Shown here: positions 17,280 to 27,789 of the stretch, in pieces
Layout: every line of letters begins with the position of its first letter
Position numbering within the stretch: position 1 is the stretch's first letter
Assembly: GCA_964437025.1 (NCBI GenBank)
Contig: CAYTEZ010000001.1
Location: 1 to 62,268 of the forward strand
DNA length: 62,268 nt
DNA from: an uncultured Gammaproteobacteria bacterium
Lineage (GTDB): Bacteria; Patescibacteriota; Patescibacteriia; Patescibacteriales; UBA12465
Reading direction: 5' to 3'
Notes under the pieces: model-generated
The model's database searches: none
The model's input: only the letters and a program-made list of their open reading frames with translations
What the model was told of the DNA's origin: nothing
Made by a program: the position numbers and the translations under genes

Positions 17280-18254
17280 CTATTGTTTATTTTTTAATTT
17301 CTGCCACCAAGCAGGATTGTTTTTATACCAAGAAATAGTATCTTTTAAACCAGAAACAAAATCAATTTGAGGTCTAAAACCCAATTCTTTCTCAGCTTTA
17401 GAAAAATCAATAGCATAACGTAAATCATGCCCCAAGCGATCACCAACATGTTCAATCATATCCTCACCAAATTCCATTAAACTTAAAATATTTTTGGTAA
17501 TATCAATATTCCTTATTTCGTTGTTTCCCCCTAAGCAATAGGTTTCACCAATCTTTCCTTTCTTAATTATTAACTCTACCCCCCTATTATGATCTTCCAC
17601 ATGAATCCAATCCCTAATATTTTCACCACTACCATAAACCGGTACTTTTTTTCCTTCCAATAAATTGGTGATGAAAAGCGGAATTAATTTTTCTGGAAAT
17701 TGATAAGGACCATAGTTATTAGAACAATTAGAAATAGTTATTGGTAAATTGTGAGTATGGAAATAAGCTCGAACTAAATGATCAGATGAAGCTTTAGAAG
17801 CACTATAGGGTGAACGAGGATCATAAGGTGTCTTTTCGTTAAATTTAGGATCATTTAAGGATAAAGAACCAAAAACTTCATCTGTTGAAATATGATGAAA
17901 ACGAATTCCGCCATTATTCTTAGCTGCTTCTAAAAGAGTTCTAGTACCTTCAACATTAGTTTTGATAAAATCAGAACTGTTTTGGATTGATCTATCAACA
18001 TGACTCTCAGCTGCAAAATGAACTATTAAACTAACACCCTTAACTAAAGAATTAACTAATTCAGAGTCACAAATATCACCTTGAACAAAACGATAATTAG
18101 GATTGTCTGATATATCTAATAAATTATCAAGATTACCAGCATAAGTTAATTTATCCAAATTAATAATTTCATCACTAGGATTTGATTTCAACCAATATCT
18201 GATAAAGTTTGAACCGATAAAACCAGCTCCACCAGTTACAAGTATTTTTGCCAT
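17280..18254 (-). CDS. rfbB: dTDP-glucose 4,6-dehydratase
   Basis: ILVTGGAGFIGSNF, HFAAESHVDRS, STDEVFG and YSASKASSDHLVRAY (the Y-xxx-K catalytic motif). Confidence 0.92.
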   Translation of the reverse strand: MAKILVTGGAGFIGSNFIRYWLKSNPSDEIINLDKLTYAGNLDNLLDISDNPNYRFVQGDICDSELVNSLVKGVSLIVHFAAESHVDRSIQNSSDFIKTNVEGTRTLLEAAKNNGGIRFHHISTDEVFGSLSLNDPKFNEKTPYDPRSPYSASKASSDHLVRAYFHTHNLPITISNCSNNYGPYQFPEKLIPLFITNLLEGKKVPVYGSGENIRDWIHVEDHNRGVELIIKKGKIGETYCLGGNNEIRNIDITKNILSLMEFGEDMIEHVGDRLGHDLRYAIDFSKAEKELGFRPQIDFVSGLKDTISWYKNNPAWWQKLKNKQ

Positions 18255-18274
18255 AATTTTTATCTTAATTATTT

Positions 18275-18727
18275 CTATTTAATAACAAAAGGAGAATCAA
18301 TATCGTTTTCCCAACGAATCTCATCAATCTCTTCTGTTTTTCCCTCCCCCTTATATAATTTATCTGGTAAATTTATAGAATAAGAATCAACTGGACCTAT
18401 AGCTTTATAACCATGAACAACCCCTGGAGGAACAATGACTAAGCTAGGATTATTCTCCCCCACCTCAATATTAATATATTCTCCCTTAGTTTCACTATCT
18501 TCTCTTCTGTCCCAAAGATGAAGAGAAAAAGAACCAGGGCCAACAAAAACAAAACAATCACTTTGGTATTTGTGCTCATGTGGACCACGAATAACACCAG
18601 GTTTAGTTAAGCTAATATAAGCCATGCTAGGTTGATAATTCAACTCATCTACTCGATAAATCTCACTCAGCCAACCACGATCGTCATGATATTGATTAAG
18701 ATTCTTTATAATAACCCCTTTAATCAT
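18275..18727 (-). CDS. rfbC: dTDP-4-dehydrorhamnose 3,5-epimerase-like cupin
   Basis: 150-aa cupin with HDDRGWLSEIYR and RGPHEH, first gene of the rml operon. It is shorter than the classical RmlC. Confidence 0.75.
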   Translation of the reverse strand: MIKGVIIKNLNQYHDDRGWLSEIYRVDELNYQPSMAYISLTKPGVIRGPHEHKYQSDCFVFVGPGSFSLHLWDRREDSETKGEYINIEVGENNPSLVIVPPGVVHGYKAIGPVDSYSINLPDKLYKGEGKTEEIDEIRWENDIDSPFVIK

Positions 18728-18814
18728 ACTAAAAAATTAATTATTAATTCTACTAGGATTTTAGCACGTAAAACCCTTAAAATCAAGTTAAATAAACCCC
18801 ATATAAAACTGCTA

Positions 18815-18843
18815 TTGATTTATTTTTTAGTCTATGATATTAT
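18815..18843 (+). promoter_or_regulatory. putative rpmE promoter
   Basis: TTGATT (18815-18820), a 17-nt spacer, then TATTAT (18838-18843). Confidence 0.35.
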
Positions 18844-18901
18844 CAAAAAAGCCATTATTAGATGGTTTTATTATTTAAATTATAATTATATAATATAAAA
18901 T

Positions 18902-19174
18902 ATGAAGAAAGATATTCATCCAAAGTATAATAACAAAATCAAAGCTACTTGTGCTTGTGGTTTTGTATTAGAAACCGGTTCAGTTGACCCGGAAATCAAA
19001 ACTGAGTTATGCTCAAACTGCCATCCTTTTTATACTGGAAAACAAAAATTAGTAGATACTGCTAATCGCGTTGGTAAATTTAAAGAAAAAATGGATAGAA
19101 AAGATGATTCTAGAAAAAGTAAAACTGCCAAAAGAGCAACTAAAGCTGCTAAGAAATCGGAAAAAAGCAAATAG
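18902..19174 (+). CDS. rpmE: 50S ribosomal protein L31
   Basis: MKKDIHPKY, C-x-C ... CSNCHPFYTGKQK (zinc-ribbon type A), and a lysine-rich tail. Confidence 0.92.
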   Translation: MKKDIHPKYNNKIKATCACGFVLETGSVDPEIKTELCSNCHPFYTGKQKLVDTANRVGKFKEKMDRKDDSRKSKTAKRATKAAKKSEKSK

Positions 19175-19192
19175 CAATGATATATAAAAAAT

Positions 19193-19222
19193 AAAAGCTT
19201 CGATTTCGAAGCTTTTATTTTA
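19193..19222 (+). terminator. intrinsic terminator of rpmE
   Basis: AAAAGCTTCG-ATTT-CGAAGCTTTT forms a 10-bp stem and is followed by ATTTTAT. Confidence 0.7.
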
Positions 19223-19249
19223 TCCAAAAATCAATTAAACTATTAATAT

Positions 19250-20284
19250 ATGACAAACAACGAAATAAAAACAAAATATCAGGAGCTAAGTGCTAAAATG
19301 TCAGATTCAGCCATTATCTCTGATCCAACACAATTAACCAAAATTGCTAAAGAACTTTCTTCCATCAAGAAGGCCTATGATTTAATTACCGAAATTGAAA
19401 AAATAGAAGAAAATATTTCCGGCAATCAAGAGATTATAAAACTAGAGGAAACATCTGATTTGGGAAAAATGGCAGCTGAGGAATTAATTGAACTGCAAGA
19501 AAAGAAAGAAAAATTAGATTTAGAATTACACCGTGAATTACACCCAGCCGATCCTAATGACAAGAAAGATATTATTATAGAAATTAGAGCTGGAGCTGGT
19601 GGCGATGAAGGTGCTCTTTTTACCGCTGAATTATTTAGAATGTACAGTCGTTATGCTGAAAAAAATGGTTGGAAAACTGAAGTATTAAACTCCAGTGCTA
19701 TTGGTATTGGTGGTTTTAAAGAAATTATTTTTTCTATTGCTGGTAACAACGTTTATGGTCATTTAAAATATGAGGCTGGAACTCACCGCGTTCAAAGAGT
19801 ACCAGAAACCGAAAAACAAGGCCGTGTTCATACTTCTACTTCCACTGTAATTGTTTTACCAGAAGCAGAAGAGGTTGATGTTAAAATAGAGGCTAGCGAT
19901 ATCAGAATAGATACCTTCTGTTCTTCTGGGCCTGGTGGTCAAAGTGTTAATACTACTTACTCAGCTATCCGTATTACTCACATACCAACAGGAATCGTGG
20001 TTAGTTGCCAAGACCAAAAATCACAACACCAAAATAAAGAAAAAGCTATGCAAATTTTACGCTCCAGAATACTGGCCAAAGCCGAAGAAGAAAAAGCAGC
20101 TAAAGATTCTAAAGAAAGAAAAGAGCAAGTTGGCAACGGTGACCGCAGTGACAAAATTAGAACATATAACTTCCCTCAAGATAGAATAACCGATCATCGA
20201 GTTAATAAATCTTGGCATAATATCTCCGAAATTATGGATGGAGAATTAGATGATATTGTCAAAAGTCTCTCAGTTCTAAATTAA
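19250..20284 (+). CDS. prfA: peptide chain release factor 1
   Basis: GGQ motif (SSGPGGQSVNTT) and an RF1-type P-x-T tripeptide (RVPETE). Confidence 0.93.
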   Translation: MTNNEIKTKYQELSAKMSDSAIISDPTQLTKIAKELSSIKKAYDLITEIEKIEENISGNQEIIKLEETSDLGKMAAEELIELQEKKEKLDLELHRELHPADPNDKKDIIIEIRAGAGGDEGALFTAELFRMYSRYAEKNGWKTEVLNSSAIGIGGFKEIIFSIAGNNVYGHLKYEAGTHRVQRVPETEKQGRVHTSTSTVIVLPEAEEVDVKIEASDIRIDTFCSSGPGGQSVNTTYSAIRITHIPTGIVVSCQDQKSQHQNKEKAMQILRSRILAKAEEEKAAKDSKERKEQVGNGDRSDKIRTYNFPQDRITDHRVNKSWHNISEIMDGELDDIVKSLSVLN

Positions 20285-20285
20285 T

Positions 20286-21167
20286 ATGACTATTTTTGAT
20301 ATCTTAAAGGAGATCTCAACTAAGCTAAAAAACTCCAAAATAGAAAACTATCAATTAGAGGCTAGCTCTCTGATTTCTTTTGTTTGTAAAATAGATCAAA
20401 GCTTTATCATTTCTCACCCTGAAAAAAAGATTTTCAAGAAGCAAGAACAAGAAATAAAAAAGCTAGCCAAACTTCGTAGCAAAAATTGGCCCTTAGCCTA
20501 TCTCCTAAAGAATAAAGATTTCTATCAACTAAATTTTATCGTCTCCCCTGACGTCCTTATCCCTCGACCAGAAAGTGAATTAATTATAGAAAATGTTTTG
20601 TCAGATATAAAAAATATAAAAAAAGAGGCCAGTATTATTGATGTCGGAACCGGTTCTGCTTGTTTAATTATTAGCCTAGCTCATATCCTAAAAAATAATA
20701 AAAATATTAATTATTACGGTTTAGATATAAGCTCCAAAGCCTTAAAAATAGCTAAGAAAAACGCTAAGAGATACCAACTTGATAAAATTATCAAGTTCTC
20801 CAAAAGTAATCTTTTACAAAAATTAATTAATAAAATAAATCTAGAGCCAAAAGAATATTTTGTCCTAGCTAATCTGCCATATCTCACAACGGAAGAGATA
20901 AAGAAATCACCCAGCATCCAAAAAGAACCAAAAACAGCTTTAGCTGGTGGTAAGGATGGATTGTTCTTATACCAAAAACTATTTAAACAAATAATTGAAA
21001 CTACTAAACACTCTAAATTTAATATCTATGCCGAAATTAATCCCTGGCAAGAGACAAAAATATTAGAGCTAGCAAAAAAAGCATTCCGAGAATGCTTAAT
21101 TGAGACAAAAATTATATTAGATTTAAAAAATGAAACTCGCTTAGTAATATTTAGAGTTAAAAAGTAA
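20286..21167 (+). CDS. prmC: release-factor glutamine N5-methyltransferase (HemK/PrmC)
   Basis: It follows prfA directly. SAM motif IIDVGTGSACL and the N-x-P-Y-type motif LANLPYL. Confidence 0.85.
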   Translation: MTIFDILKEISTKLKNSKIENYQLEASSLISFVCKIDQSFIISHPEKKIFKKQEQEIKKLAKLRSKNWPLAYLLKNKDFYQLNFIVSPDVLIPRPESELIIENVLSDIKNIKKEASIIDVGTGSACLIISLAHILKNNKNINYYGLDISSKALKIAKKNAKRYQLDKIIKFSKSNLLQKLINKINLEPKEYFVLANLPYLTTEEIKKSPSIQKEPKTALAGGKDGLFLYQKLFKQIIETTKHSKFNIYAEINPWQETKILELAKKAFRECLIETKIILDLKNETRLVIFRVKK

Positions 21168-22230
21168 GAGAATAATTATCATCTAGTAAATGAACCCAAG
21201 TTTTTCCACGATTAAACTCAACTTCTGTCCCATCTGAATAATAGAAAACAGTGCGATTAGTCGCGCTATTTTTTTTCCAATAACCCAACTTACAAGAGCC
21301 ATCCAAACAAATAGTAGCCTCTCCTTCCCCACTCAACTTAATGCGCAAACGAAGCGCTTCATCAAGTATTTCAGTTTGAACAAATTGAAATATCAAATTA
21401 CTGGCAGAAATATTTTCTCCCGCATTATCTACTTGCTCTTTACCGCCTAAATTTTTTGTATATAGATTCTTTTCTTTGTCATAATTCCACTCAATAACAT
21501 AATCTTTAAAACCATTCTCTATCTTTATCTTTTCATTTAAAGAACTAGAGGCTAACTTTTCATCTTTAAACTTCCAAGAGTTAAATTCAGAGCTATGTAA
21601 ATCTTTTTCTATTAAATATTCTTTAATTTTAGAAAAATCAGCTAAGACATTGTGTGGGGCTACAAAACCAGAATATCTTCTAAAATAATAACCGTTATAG
21701 AATTCATTTAACGCAAGTTTTTTGTCTCTAATTATTAACGCTAAGGCCTCCGGACTACCGCCACAATGTAACATTAAAGAATCATACTCAGAAGCAATGT
21801 CTAAAAAATATGGCCGAGCACTCCTAACTGGCCCAATTTCTGAAATATCTAGAGCATCACTTGGAAAAAAGGCTAGATAACGATTAATTCCTCCTTCTGC
21901 TGGAGCATCATAAACAAGGACGGCTTTAGCTAAAGAAAATTGTGGCCTAGCTTCTACTTGATTATCAATTACGGCTGAAATTAAGAAAGGTTTTTCTTGT
22001 CCACGTTCTACCACAGCCCCGTCTATTAATCTAAAAGCACAATTATCACCACAAGTTATTTCGCTAATATCATTAGCTCCATCTTTTAAATTATCATTAC
22101 TTTGAGGTGAATTTTTTTTAATAAAAACAAAAAAAACTAAAATGATTAATATAATAAATAGGGTAATATAAAAAAACACCCGATACTGTGTTATAATATT
22201 TTTTAATTTAGTATAAAATTCTTTTTTCAT
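21157..22230 (-). CDS. DUF3048-domain protein (YerB-like), N-terminally membrane anchored
   Basis: TM anchor FFYITLFIILIILVFFVFI. VLVYDAPAEGGINRYLAFF and GPVRSARPYFLDIA match the DUF3048 core. Confidence 0.65.
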   Translation of the reverse strand: MKKEFYTKLKNIITQYRVFFYITLFIILIILVFFVFIKKNSPQSNDNLKDGANDISEITCGDNCAFRLIDGAVVERGQEKPFLISAVIDNQVEARPQFSLAKAVLVYDAPAEGGINRYLAFFPSDALDISEIGPVRSARPYFLDIASEYDSLMLHCGGSPEALALIIRDKKLALNEFYNGYYFRRYSGFVAPHNVLADFSKIKEYLIEKDLHSSEFNSWKFKDEKLASSSLNEKIKIENGFKDYVIEWNYDKEKNLYTKNLGGKEQVDNAGENISASNLIFQFVQTEILDEALRLRIKLSGEGEATICLDGSCKLGYWKKNSATNRTVFYYSDGTEVEFNRGKTWVHLLDDNYSLTF

Positions 22231-23448
22231 TTACATTTGTTTAATTTCTTTTAAGGTTTGCTCAGCACATTTGCGCCAAGAGAAATCTTTAGCCCTAGTT
22301 AAGCCATTATTTATTAATTTTTCTCGAAGTTCTTTATCAGAAATAATTATCTCCATTTTTTTAGCTAAATCAACAACATCAAAACGATCAAAAAATAAAG
22401 CGTTATCTCTTCCGGCCACTTCCACTAAAACATCAATGTCTGATAATATATTAGGAGTGCCACAAGCCATAGCTTGCAAAACTGGGATACCAAAACCCTC
22501 ATACAAAGAAGGAAAAACAAAAGCCTCAGCTTTATTAAAGATATAAGGCATATCTTTTTCTTCCACCCAACCCAGTATTAAAACATCATTTTCTAAAGCA
22601 AATTCTTCAATTAAATATCTCATTTCATCATAACCATAACCAGCTCGACCAGCTAAAATTAATTTAATATTTGAATCCTTATTCCTTTCTTTAAAAATAG
22701 AAAAACCTTCAATCAAACGATGAATATTTTTTTTCTTTTCCATGCGACCAACGTATAAAAAATAAGGAAAATCAAGGCCATATTTCTTTAAAATCTTTTC
22801 CATATCTTCGTTTTCTGGCAGTTTTTTATACAAAGAATCCATAAAACCATTATGAACTACTGCAATTTTGTCATTCTTCACTTGATAGTTTTTTAGAATC
22901 TCTTTCTTGGTAAATTCAGAAACAGTTATTATTTTTTTAGCTCTCTTTAAAGCCAACTTAGTTGACCATTTTAAATAATCAGTTGCCTTAGAGGTATATT
23001 TTCCAAGCGTAAAAAAACGAACTAAAGACTTTGTCATTTTAGTAGGACTGGTAAAATTATCCGAAACCAAAACTGGATCATAAAAACATTCATTTTTTAA
23101 AAAAGCGATATCATGAATAGTATTAATTGTTTTTTTAGGAAAAATTAAAGGTAAGGCATGAGCTGGCACAAATAGAACATTAGGACTATGAAAAATCATT
23201 TCTAAACTTAAGCGTCCCAAGGTCCATAAAAAAGAAAAAGGCCAGTGCAAAACTTTGACCTTAACGTGTTTATTCTCTTTTAAGTTTAAATCATCAAGAA
23301 ATGATTCTGACAATGGTTTATCGGAATACAAAATGTATTTATTTTCTTTATCAATTTCAATTAAATTTTTTATCAGATAATAGGAGTACCATTCAGTCCC
23401 CGTTTTAAAATCTCTATTAGCTCGTGAAGCGTCTATTCCTATAACCAT
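22231..23448 (-). CDS. family 4 (GT-B) glycosyltransferase
   Basis: FLYVGRMEKKKN and FVFPSLYEGFGIPVLQAMACGTPNILSD. It abuts the downstream DUF3048 gene with no gap. Confidence 0.85.
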   Translation of the reverse strand: MVIGIDASRANRDFKTGTEWYSYYLIKNLIEIDKENKYILYSDKPLSESFLDDLNLKENKHVKVKVLHWPFSFLWTLGRLSLEMIFHSPNVLFVPAHALPLIFPKKTINTIHDIAFLKNECFYDPVLVSDNFTSPTKMTKSLVRFFTLGKYTSKATDYLKWSTKLALKRAKKIITVSEFTKKEILKNYQVKNDKIAVVHNGFMDSLYKKLPENEDMEKILKKYGLDFPYFLYVGRMEKKKNIHRLIEGFSIFKERNKDSNIKLILAGRAGYGYDEMRYLIEEFALENDVLILGWVEEKDMPYIFNKAEAFVFPSLYEGFGIPVLQAMACGTPNILSDIDVLVEVAGRDNALFFDRFDVVDLAKKMEIIISDKELREKLINNGLTRAKDFSWRKCAEQTLKEIKQM

Positions 23449-23456
23449 AATGATTA

Positions 23457-24470
23457 TTATTTAGCCGCCAAAATACTTCGTTTGTATGAGTCTAAATTAT
23501 CCAAAGCAATACCTGTTCCTTTAGCTACACAAAGTAAAGGATCGTCGGCAACATAGGCAGACACACCTAGAGCTCGAGAAAATAATTGATCAATATTTCT
23601 AAGCAAGGCAGTGCCACCAGTTAAAACAATACCCTTATCAATAATATCAGCCACCAATTCGGGTGGAGTTTGTTGAAGTATTTTTTTGGCAGTATTTAAA
23701 ATAATTTCTAATTCACTAGAGATAGCTGCAGTTACATCATTACTATTTATTTCCATAGTCTTAGGTAATCCACTAACTGCATCTCGTCCATTTATTTCCA
23801 TAGTTAGCACACTATCATCATCTAAATATAAAGCTGAACCAACTTTTATTTTCATTTCCTCAGCTGTTCTCTCACCAATAACTAAACCATATTTTTTTCT
23901 AACATATTCCAAAATAGCTAAGTCTAATTTATTTCCACCGATACGAACTGAAGTTGAAGAAACTACTCCACCTAAGGATATAACCGCCATTTCAGAAGTA
24001 CCACCACCAATATCAACTACCATGTGACCAGTAGCTGAACTAATTGGAATATTAGCCCCAATAGCAGCTGCTACCGGCTCTTTGATGATATAGGCAGCTT
24101 TAGCTCCGGCAGCGATAGTAGCTTCAATTACAGCCCTTCTTTCATTAGAAGAGATACCGGCAGGAACAGCTACCATAACCTCGGGACGAAATATTCTTAC
24201 CTTTCCTAAAGTTTTGTTAATAAAATAACGGATCATAGCTTCAGTTGTTCTATAATCAGCAATTACTCCGTCTTTTAATGGTTTTAAGGCTATAATAGTG
24301 TCGGGAGTACGACCCAACATATCTTTAGCTTCATGTCCTACTGCTAGGACCTTATTATCATCCATAGAAACAGCTACTACACTTGGTTCATTAATAACAA
24401 CACCTCTTTTAGGCAAATAAACCAAGGTATAAGTTGTCCCTAAGTCAATTCCTATTCTTTTTACCATCAT
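23457..24470 (-). CDS. mreB: MreB-family actin-like protein (solo paralog)
   Basis: IGIDLGTTYTLVY, NEPSVVAV, MVVDIGGGTSEMAVISLGG and GIVLTGGTALL. This is a second copy, separate from the mreBCD operon. Confidence 0.9.
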   Translation of the reverse strand: MMVKRIGIDLGTTYTLVYLPKRGVVINEPSVVAVSMDDNKVLAVGHEAKDMLGRTPDTIIALKPLKDGVIADYRTTEAMIRYFINKTLGKVRIFRPEVMVAVPAGISSNERRAVIEATIAAGAKAAYIIKEPVAAAIGANIPISSATGHMVVDIGGGTSEMAVISLGGVVSSTSVRIGGNKLDLAILEYVRKKYGLVIGERTAEEMKIKVGSALYLDDDSVLTMEINGRDAVSGLPKTMEINSNDVTAAISSELEIILNTAKKILQQTPPELVADIIDKGIVLTGGTALLRNIDQLFSRALGVSAYVADDPLLCVAKGTGIALDNLDSYKRSILAAK

Positions 24471-24499
24471 ATATTTAGAAAATTAAGAAATATAGATAT

Positions 24500-24528
24500 A
24501 TCTTAGCCTTTTATTGATTATTAGTCAA
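24500..24528 (-). promoter_or_regulatory. putative promoter of the solo mreB-GT4-DUF3048 operon
   Basis: The minus strand reads TTGACT (24523-24528), a 17-nt spacer, then TAAGAT (24500-24505). Confidence 0.4.
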
Positions 24529-24548
24529 CCAAGACCTTTTTTGACAAT

Positions 24549-25805
24549 TTACTCTTTTCTCAAAGCTTCTACCGGGTCTAAACGCCCAGCTTTTCGAGCT
24601 GGGAAAATACCAAAAACTACACCGAAGAAAACAGCAAATAAAAAAGAAACAACAAAAGCTTTGAAGGGCACGACAAATTTCCAACTCAAGCCAAAATAAT
24701 TGGCTAGAAGAAATATAAAAAAAGAAAAAATTATTCCCAAAATTATACCCAACACTGCCCCAATTAAAGTAATCAAAATTGATTCAATTAAAAATTGTTT
24801 CATAATATCAGAAAACTTAGCGCCCAAAGCTTTACGCAAACCAATCTCTGGAGTACGCTCCGACACAATAACATACATAACATTAAGTATGCCAACACCA
24901 CCAACCACCAAAGAAACGGTAACAATTAAAAGAAGTAAAATAGTAATACTATTAGTAATGCTTTTTGATGTTTTAAGCATCTCCTTCATAGTAGTCACAC
25001 GAAAATCATCTCTATCAGGATTACTGATTCCATGATTATCTCGCAAAATTTCTCTCATATCTTCAGCTGTTTCTTCAGCTAGATTAGGATCAACTACTTT
25101 GTGCATAGTATACATAAAATAATCAATCCCCATAACTTTCTTCTGTAAAGTTTTAACCGGCATTAAGGTCATAGAGTCAAAATCAAAACCAACTGTTGCT
25201 CCCCTTTCCTTTAAAACACCCACAACTAAATAACGTCCTCTTTTTATAGTTACATTTTTTCCAATTGGATCCTCTCCTTGAAAAATATCTTCCGCCACCT
25301 TGCTTCCCAAAACTACTACTTGCGACAATGATTCATTATCACTGTTTGTAAAAAAATAACCACTTTCCAATTCGGAATTATCAATATCAATATAAGAAGG
25401 ACTAACACCAAAAAGGAAAGCCTTCTTTGTTTCATTTTGATAGCTAATAGTTTCTTGGCTCAAAATTGCACCATAACCATCACTAATATTATTTAACTTT
25501 TTTATATCCTCTAAATCATTCTCATTTAAAGAAGTAACTTGAATTCCGCTAGCAATAGCTTGAGCACTATCCATGTCAGCTTCAGTTCCTTTTTTAGAGC
25601 TAGGAACCTTCACCTCAGTTTGAATAGTGTTAGTACCAAAAGCTTCGATTTGGCCAACTATTAAACTCCTAATACCCTCTCCAGCAGCAAAAACAATAAT
25701 GATACTAGCAATACCAATAACCATACCTAAAACAGTTAAAGTTGTTCTAGTTTTATTCTTTAACATGGAACTCAAAGATAGTTTTACTACTTCTCTTATT
25801 CTCAT
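24549..25805 (-). CDS. ABC transporter permease, MacB/FtsX type
   Basis: TM1, then a ~230-aa extracytoplasmic MacB_PCD-like domain, then a three-TM FtsX module with ERTPEIGLRKALGA. Confidence 0.88.
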   Translation of the reverse strand: MRIREVVKLSLSSMLKNKTRTTLTVLGMVIGIASIIIVFAAGEGIRSLIVGQIEAFGTNTIQTEVKVPSSKKGTEADMDSAQAIASGIQVTSLNENDLEDIKKLNNISDGYGAILSQETISYQNETKKAFLFGVSPSYIDIDNSELESGYFFTNSDNESLSQVVVLGSKVAEDIFQGEDPIGKNVTIKRGRYLVVGVLKERGATVGFDFDSMTLMPVKTLQKKVMGIDYFMYTMHKVVDPNLAEETAEDMREILRDNHGISNPDRDDFRVTTMKEMLKTSKSITNSITILLLLIVTVSLVVGGVGILNVMYVIVSERTPEIGLRKALGAKFSDIMKQFLIESILITLIGAVLGIILGIIFSFFIFLLANYFGLSWKFVVPFKAFVVSFLFAVFFGVVFGIFPARKAGRLDPVEALRKE

Positions 25806-25808
25806 AAA

Positions 25809-27065
25809 TTATTCATAACTTAAAGCTTCAACTGGCTCTAATTTACTAGCTTTTTTAGCTGGGTATATACCAAAGACCAAGCCAACTAAACCAGAAATAA
25901 AAATGGCCAAGAAAACTGAAACTGGACTAACGATAAGAGCCCAATCATAATCTAAATATTTCATTACCACTGATATCAGCCAAGAAACTATTACTCCTGA
26001 AACAATGCCTATTATTCCACCAAACAAAGTTAAAATAACAGCCTCTAACAAAAACTGACTAATTATATTTTTATTTGAAGCCCCAATTGCTTTACGCACA
26101 CCTATTTCCCTAGTTCTTTCATTAACACTAATAAGCATAATATTCATAATACCAATTCCACCAACCACCAAAGACAACCCAGCCATTAAAGCTAAAAAGT
26201 AACGCAAAGCATCAGTAATAGTTCTAACCAAATCTAATAAGTCGGTTAAACTACGAACTGAAAAATCATCACTATCACCACTCTGATCTTTAATACCATG
26301 ATTATCGCGCAAAATAACTTCTATATTATAAATAACATCATCAATATTATAATTTTCATCAGCTTTAACATTGATATTATTTAAATAATCAATTCCAACA
26401 ATAGTCTTCTGCATAGTTTTAACTGGTATAAAAGCACTATCATCATAATTAGAAAAAGCAACTTGACCTCTTTCTTCAAAAACTCCAATAACCTCAAAAA
26501 TTTGTTTTTTAATTTTTACTCTTTGGCCAACAGCCTCCGAATCACCAAACAATTCTTTTTTTACTCCGCTACCCAAAACCACTAAATTAGCTAAACTCTC
26601 ATTTTCTTCCGAAGTAAAGAAACGGCCCGAAACTAATTCCCCACCTTCAGCCTCTAAGTATGATTCCGAAACCCCTTCTAAGCTAGCGTCCATGGAAGTA
26701 TTTTTAAAAGATAAGGTCGCCTTACCACTAACATAGGCAGTGATAGACGAGACTCCGATACTTCCCTTAACTTTTTCAATTGATTTAAAATCATCTTCAT
26801 TTAAAGTTGTCACCACGATACCCAAAACTGAGGTTGGCGGCCCTTTCTCATCGGACTTACCAGGAGTAATAGATATCAAATTAGAACCTAAACCTTCTAT
26901 TTGTCCTAAAATTAAGCTTTGAGCTCCAGCACCAACTGACATGATAACGATAACTGAGGCTACACCAATAATTATACCTAGCATAGTTAAAAAGCTCCTG
27001 GCTTTATTGGCTCGAAGAGCTTTAATAGAAGTTCTAAATGCTTGTTTTAAACTTAAAAAATTCAT
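25809..27065 (-). CDS. ABC transporter permease, MacB/FtsX type (second paralog)
   Basis: Same architecture as the neighbouring permease, with ERTREIGVRKAIGA. Confidence 0.88.
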   Translation of the reverse strand: MNFLSLKQAFRTSIKALRANKARSFLTMLGIIIGVASVIVIMSVGAGAQSLILGQIEGLGSNLISITPGKSDEKGPPTSVLGIVVTTLNEDDFKSIEKVKGSIGVSSITAYVSGKATLSFKNTSMDASLEGVSESYLEAEGGELVSGRFFTSEENESLANLVVLGSGVKKELFGDSEAVGQRVKIKKQIFEVIGVFEERGQVAFSNYDDSAFIPVKTMQKTIVGIDYLNNINVKADENYNIDDVIYNIEVILRDNHGIKDQSGDSDDFSVRSLTDLLDLVRTITDALRYFLALMAGLSLVVGGIGIMNIMLISVNERTREIGVRKAIGASNKNIISQFLLEAVILTLFGGIIGIVSGVIVSWLISVVMKYLDYDWALIVSPVSVFLAIFISGLVGLVFGIYPAKKASKLEPVEALSYE

Positions 27066-27071
27066 AATAAA

Positions 27072-27785
27072 TTATTTCCTCAAAATTCCATCTTTAGCTA
27101 AGCGACGATTTTGTACTGGTTCGTCACTAATAATTTCTCCGTCTTTTATTTTAATAATTCTTTTAGCATGTTCAGCGGTATCAGTTTCGTGAGTAACTAA
27201 AATAATAGTATTACCATCATCATTTAATTTCTGAAGTATCTCCATAATTTGATTACCAGATTTAGAATCAAGATTACCAGTTGGTTCATCAGCAAAGATA
27301 ACTGATGGCTCATTAACTAAAGCTCGGGCAATAGCGACTCTTTGTTTTTCTCCACCAGAAATTTGATTAGTATAATAATTAAAGCGATGGCCCAAGCCAA
27401 CACTCTCTAAAACTTTTTTTGCTCGCTCTTCCATGTGATGACGATTGTCAGAATAGGTTAGAGGTAATATTACATTATCCAAAACTGAAGTCTTAGCCAG
27501 CAAATTGAAAGATTGAAAAATAAAACCAATTTTTTTATTTCTAAAAGCCGCTAATTCATCATCACTTAAACCACTAACATCTTGACCTTCAAATTCATAG
27601 ACACCGCTACTTAAACGATCGAGTAACCCTAAAATATGCATTAGAGTTGATTTTCCAGAACCAGATGGGCCCATGATAGAAACAAACTCACCAGCTTCAA
27701 TATCAAAAGAAACACCATGCAACACTTTAGTAGAAACATCCCCTGATTCGTATTCTTTTTTTAGATCTTTTACTCTAATTAACAT
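27072..27785 (-). CDS. ABC transporter ATP-binding protein (MacB/LolD-like)
   Basis: Walker [10 protein letters not shown], signature [15 protein letters not shown], Walker [12 protein letters not shown]. Confidence 0.93.
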   Translation of the reverse strand: MLIRVKDLKKEYESGDVSTKVLHGVSFDIEAGEFVSIMGPSGSGKSTLMHILGLLDRLSSGVYEFEGQDVSGLSDDELAAFRNKKIGFIFQSFNLLAKTSVLDNVILPLTYSDNRHHMEERAKKVLESVGLGHRFNYYTNQISGGEKQRVAIARALVNEPSVIFADEPTGNLDSKSGNQIMEILQKLNDDGNTIILVTHETDTAEHAKRIIKIKDGEIISDEPVQNRRLAKDGILRK

Positions 27786-27789
27786 GTTT

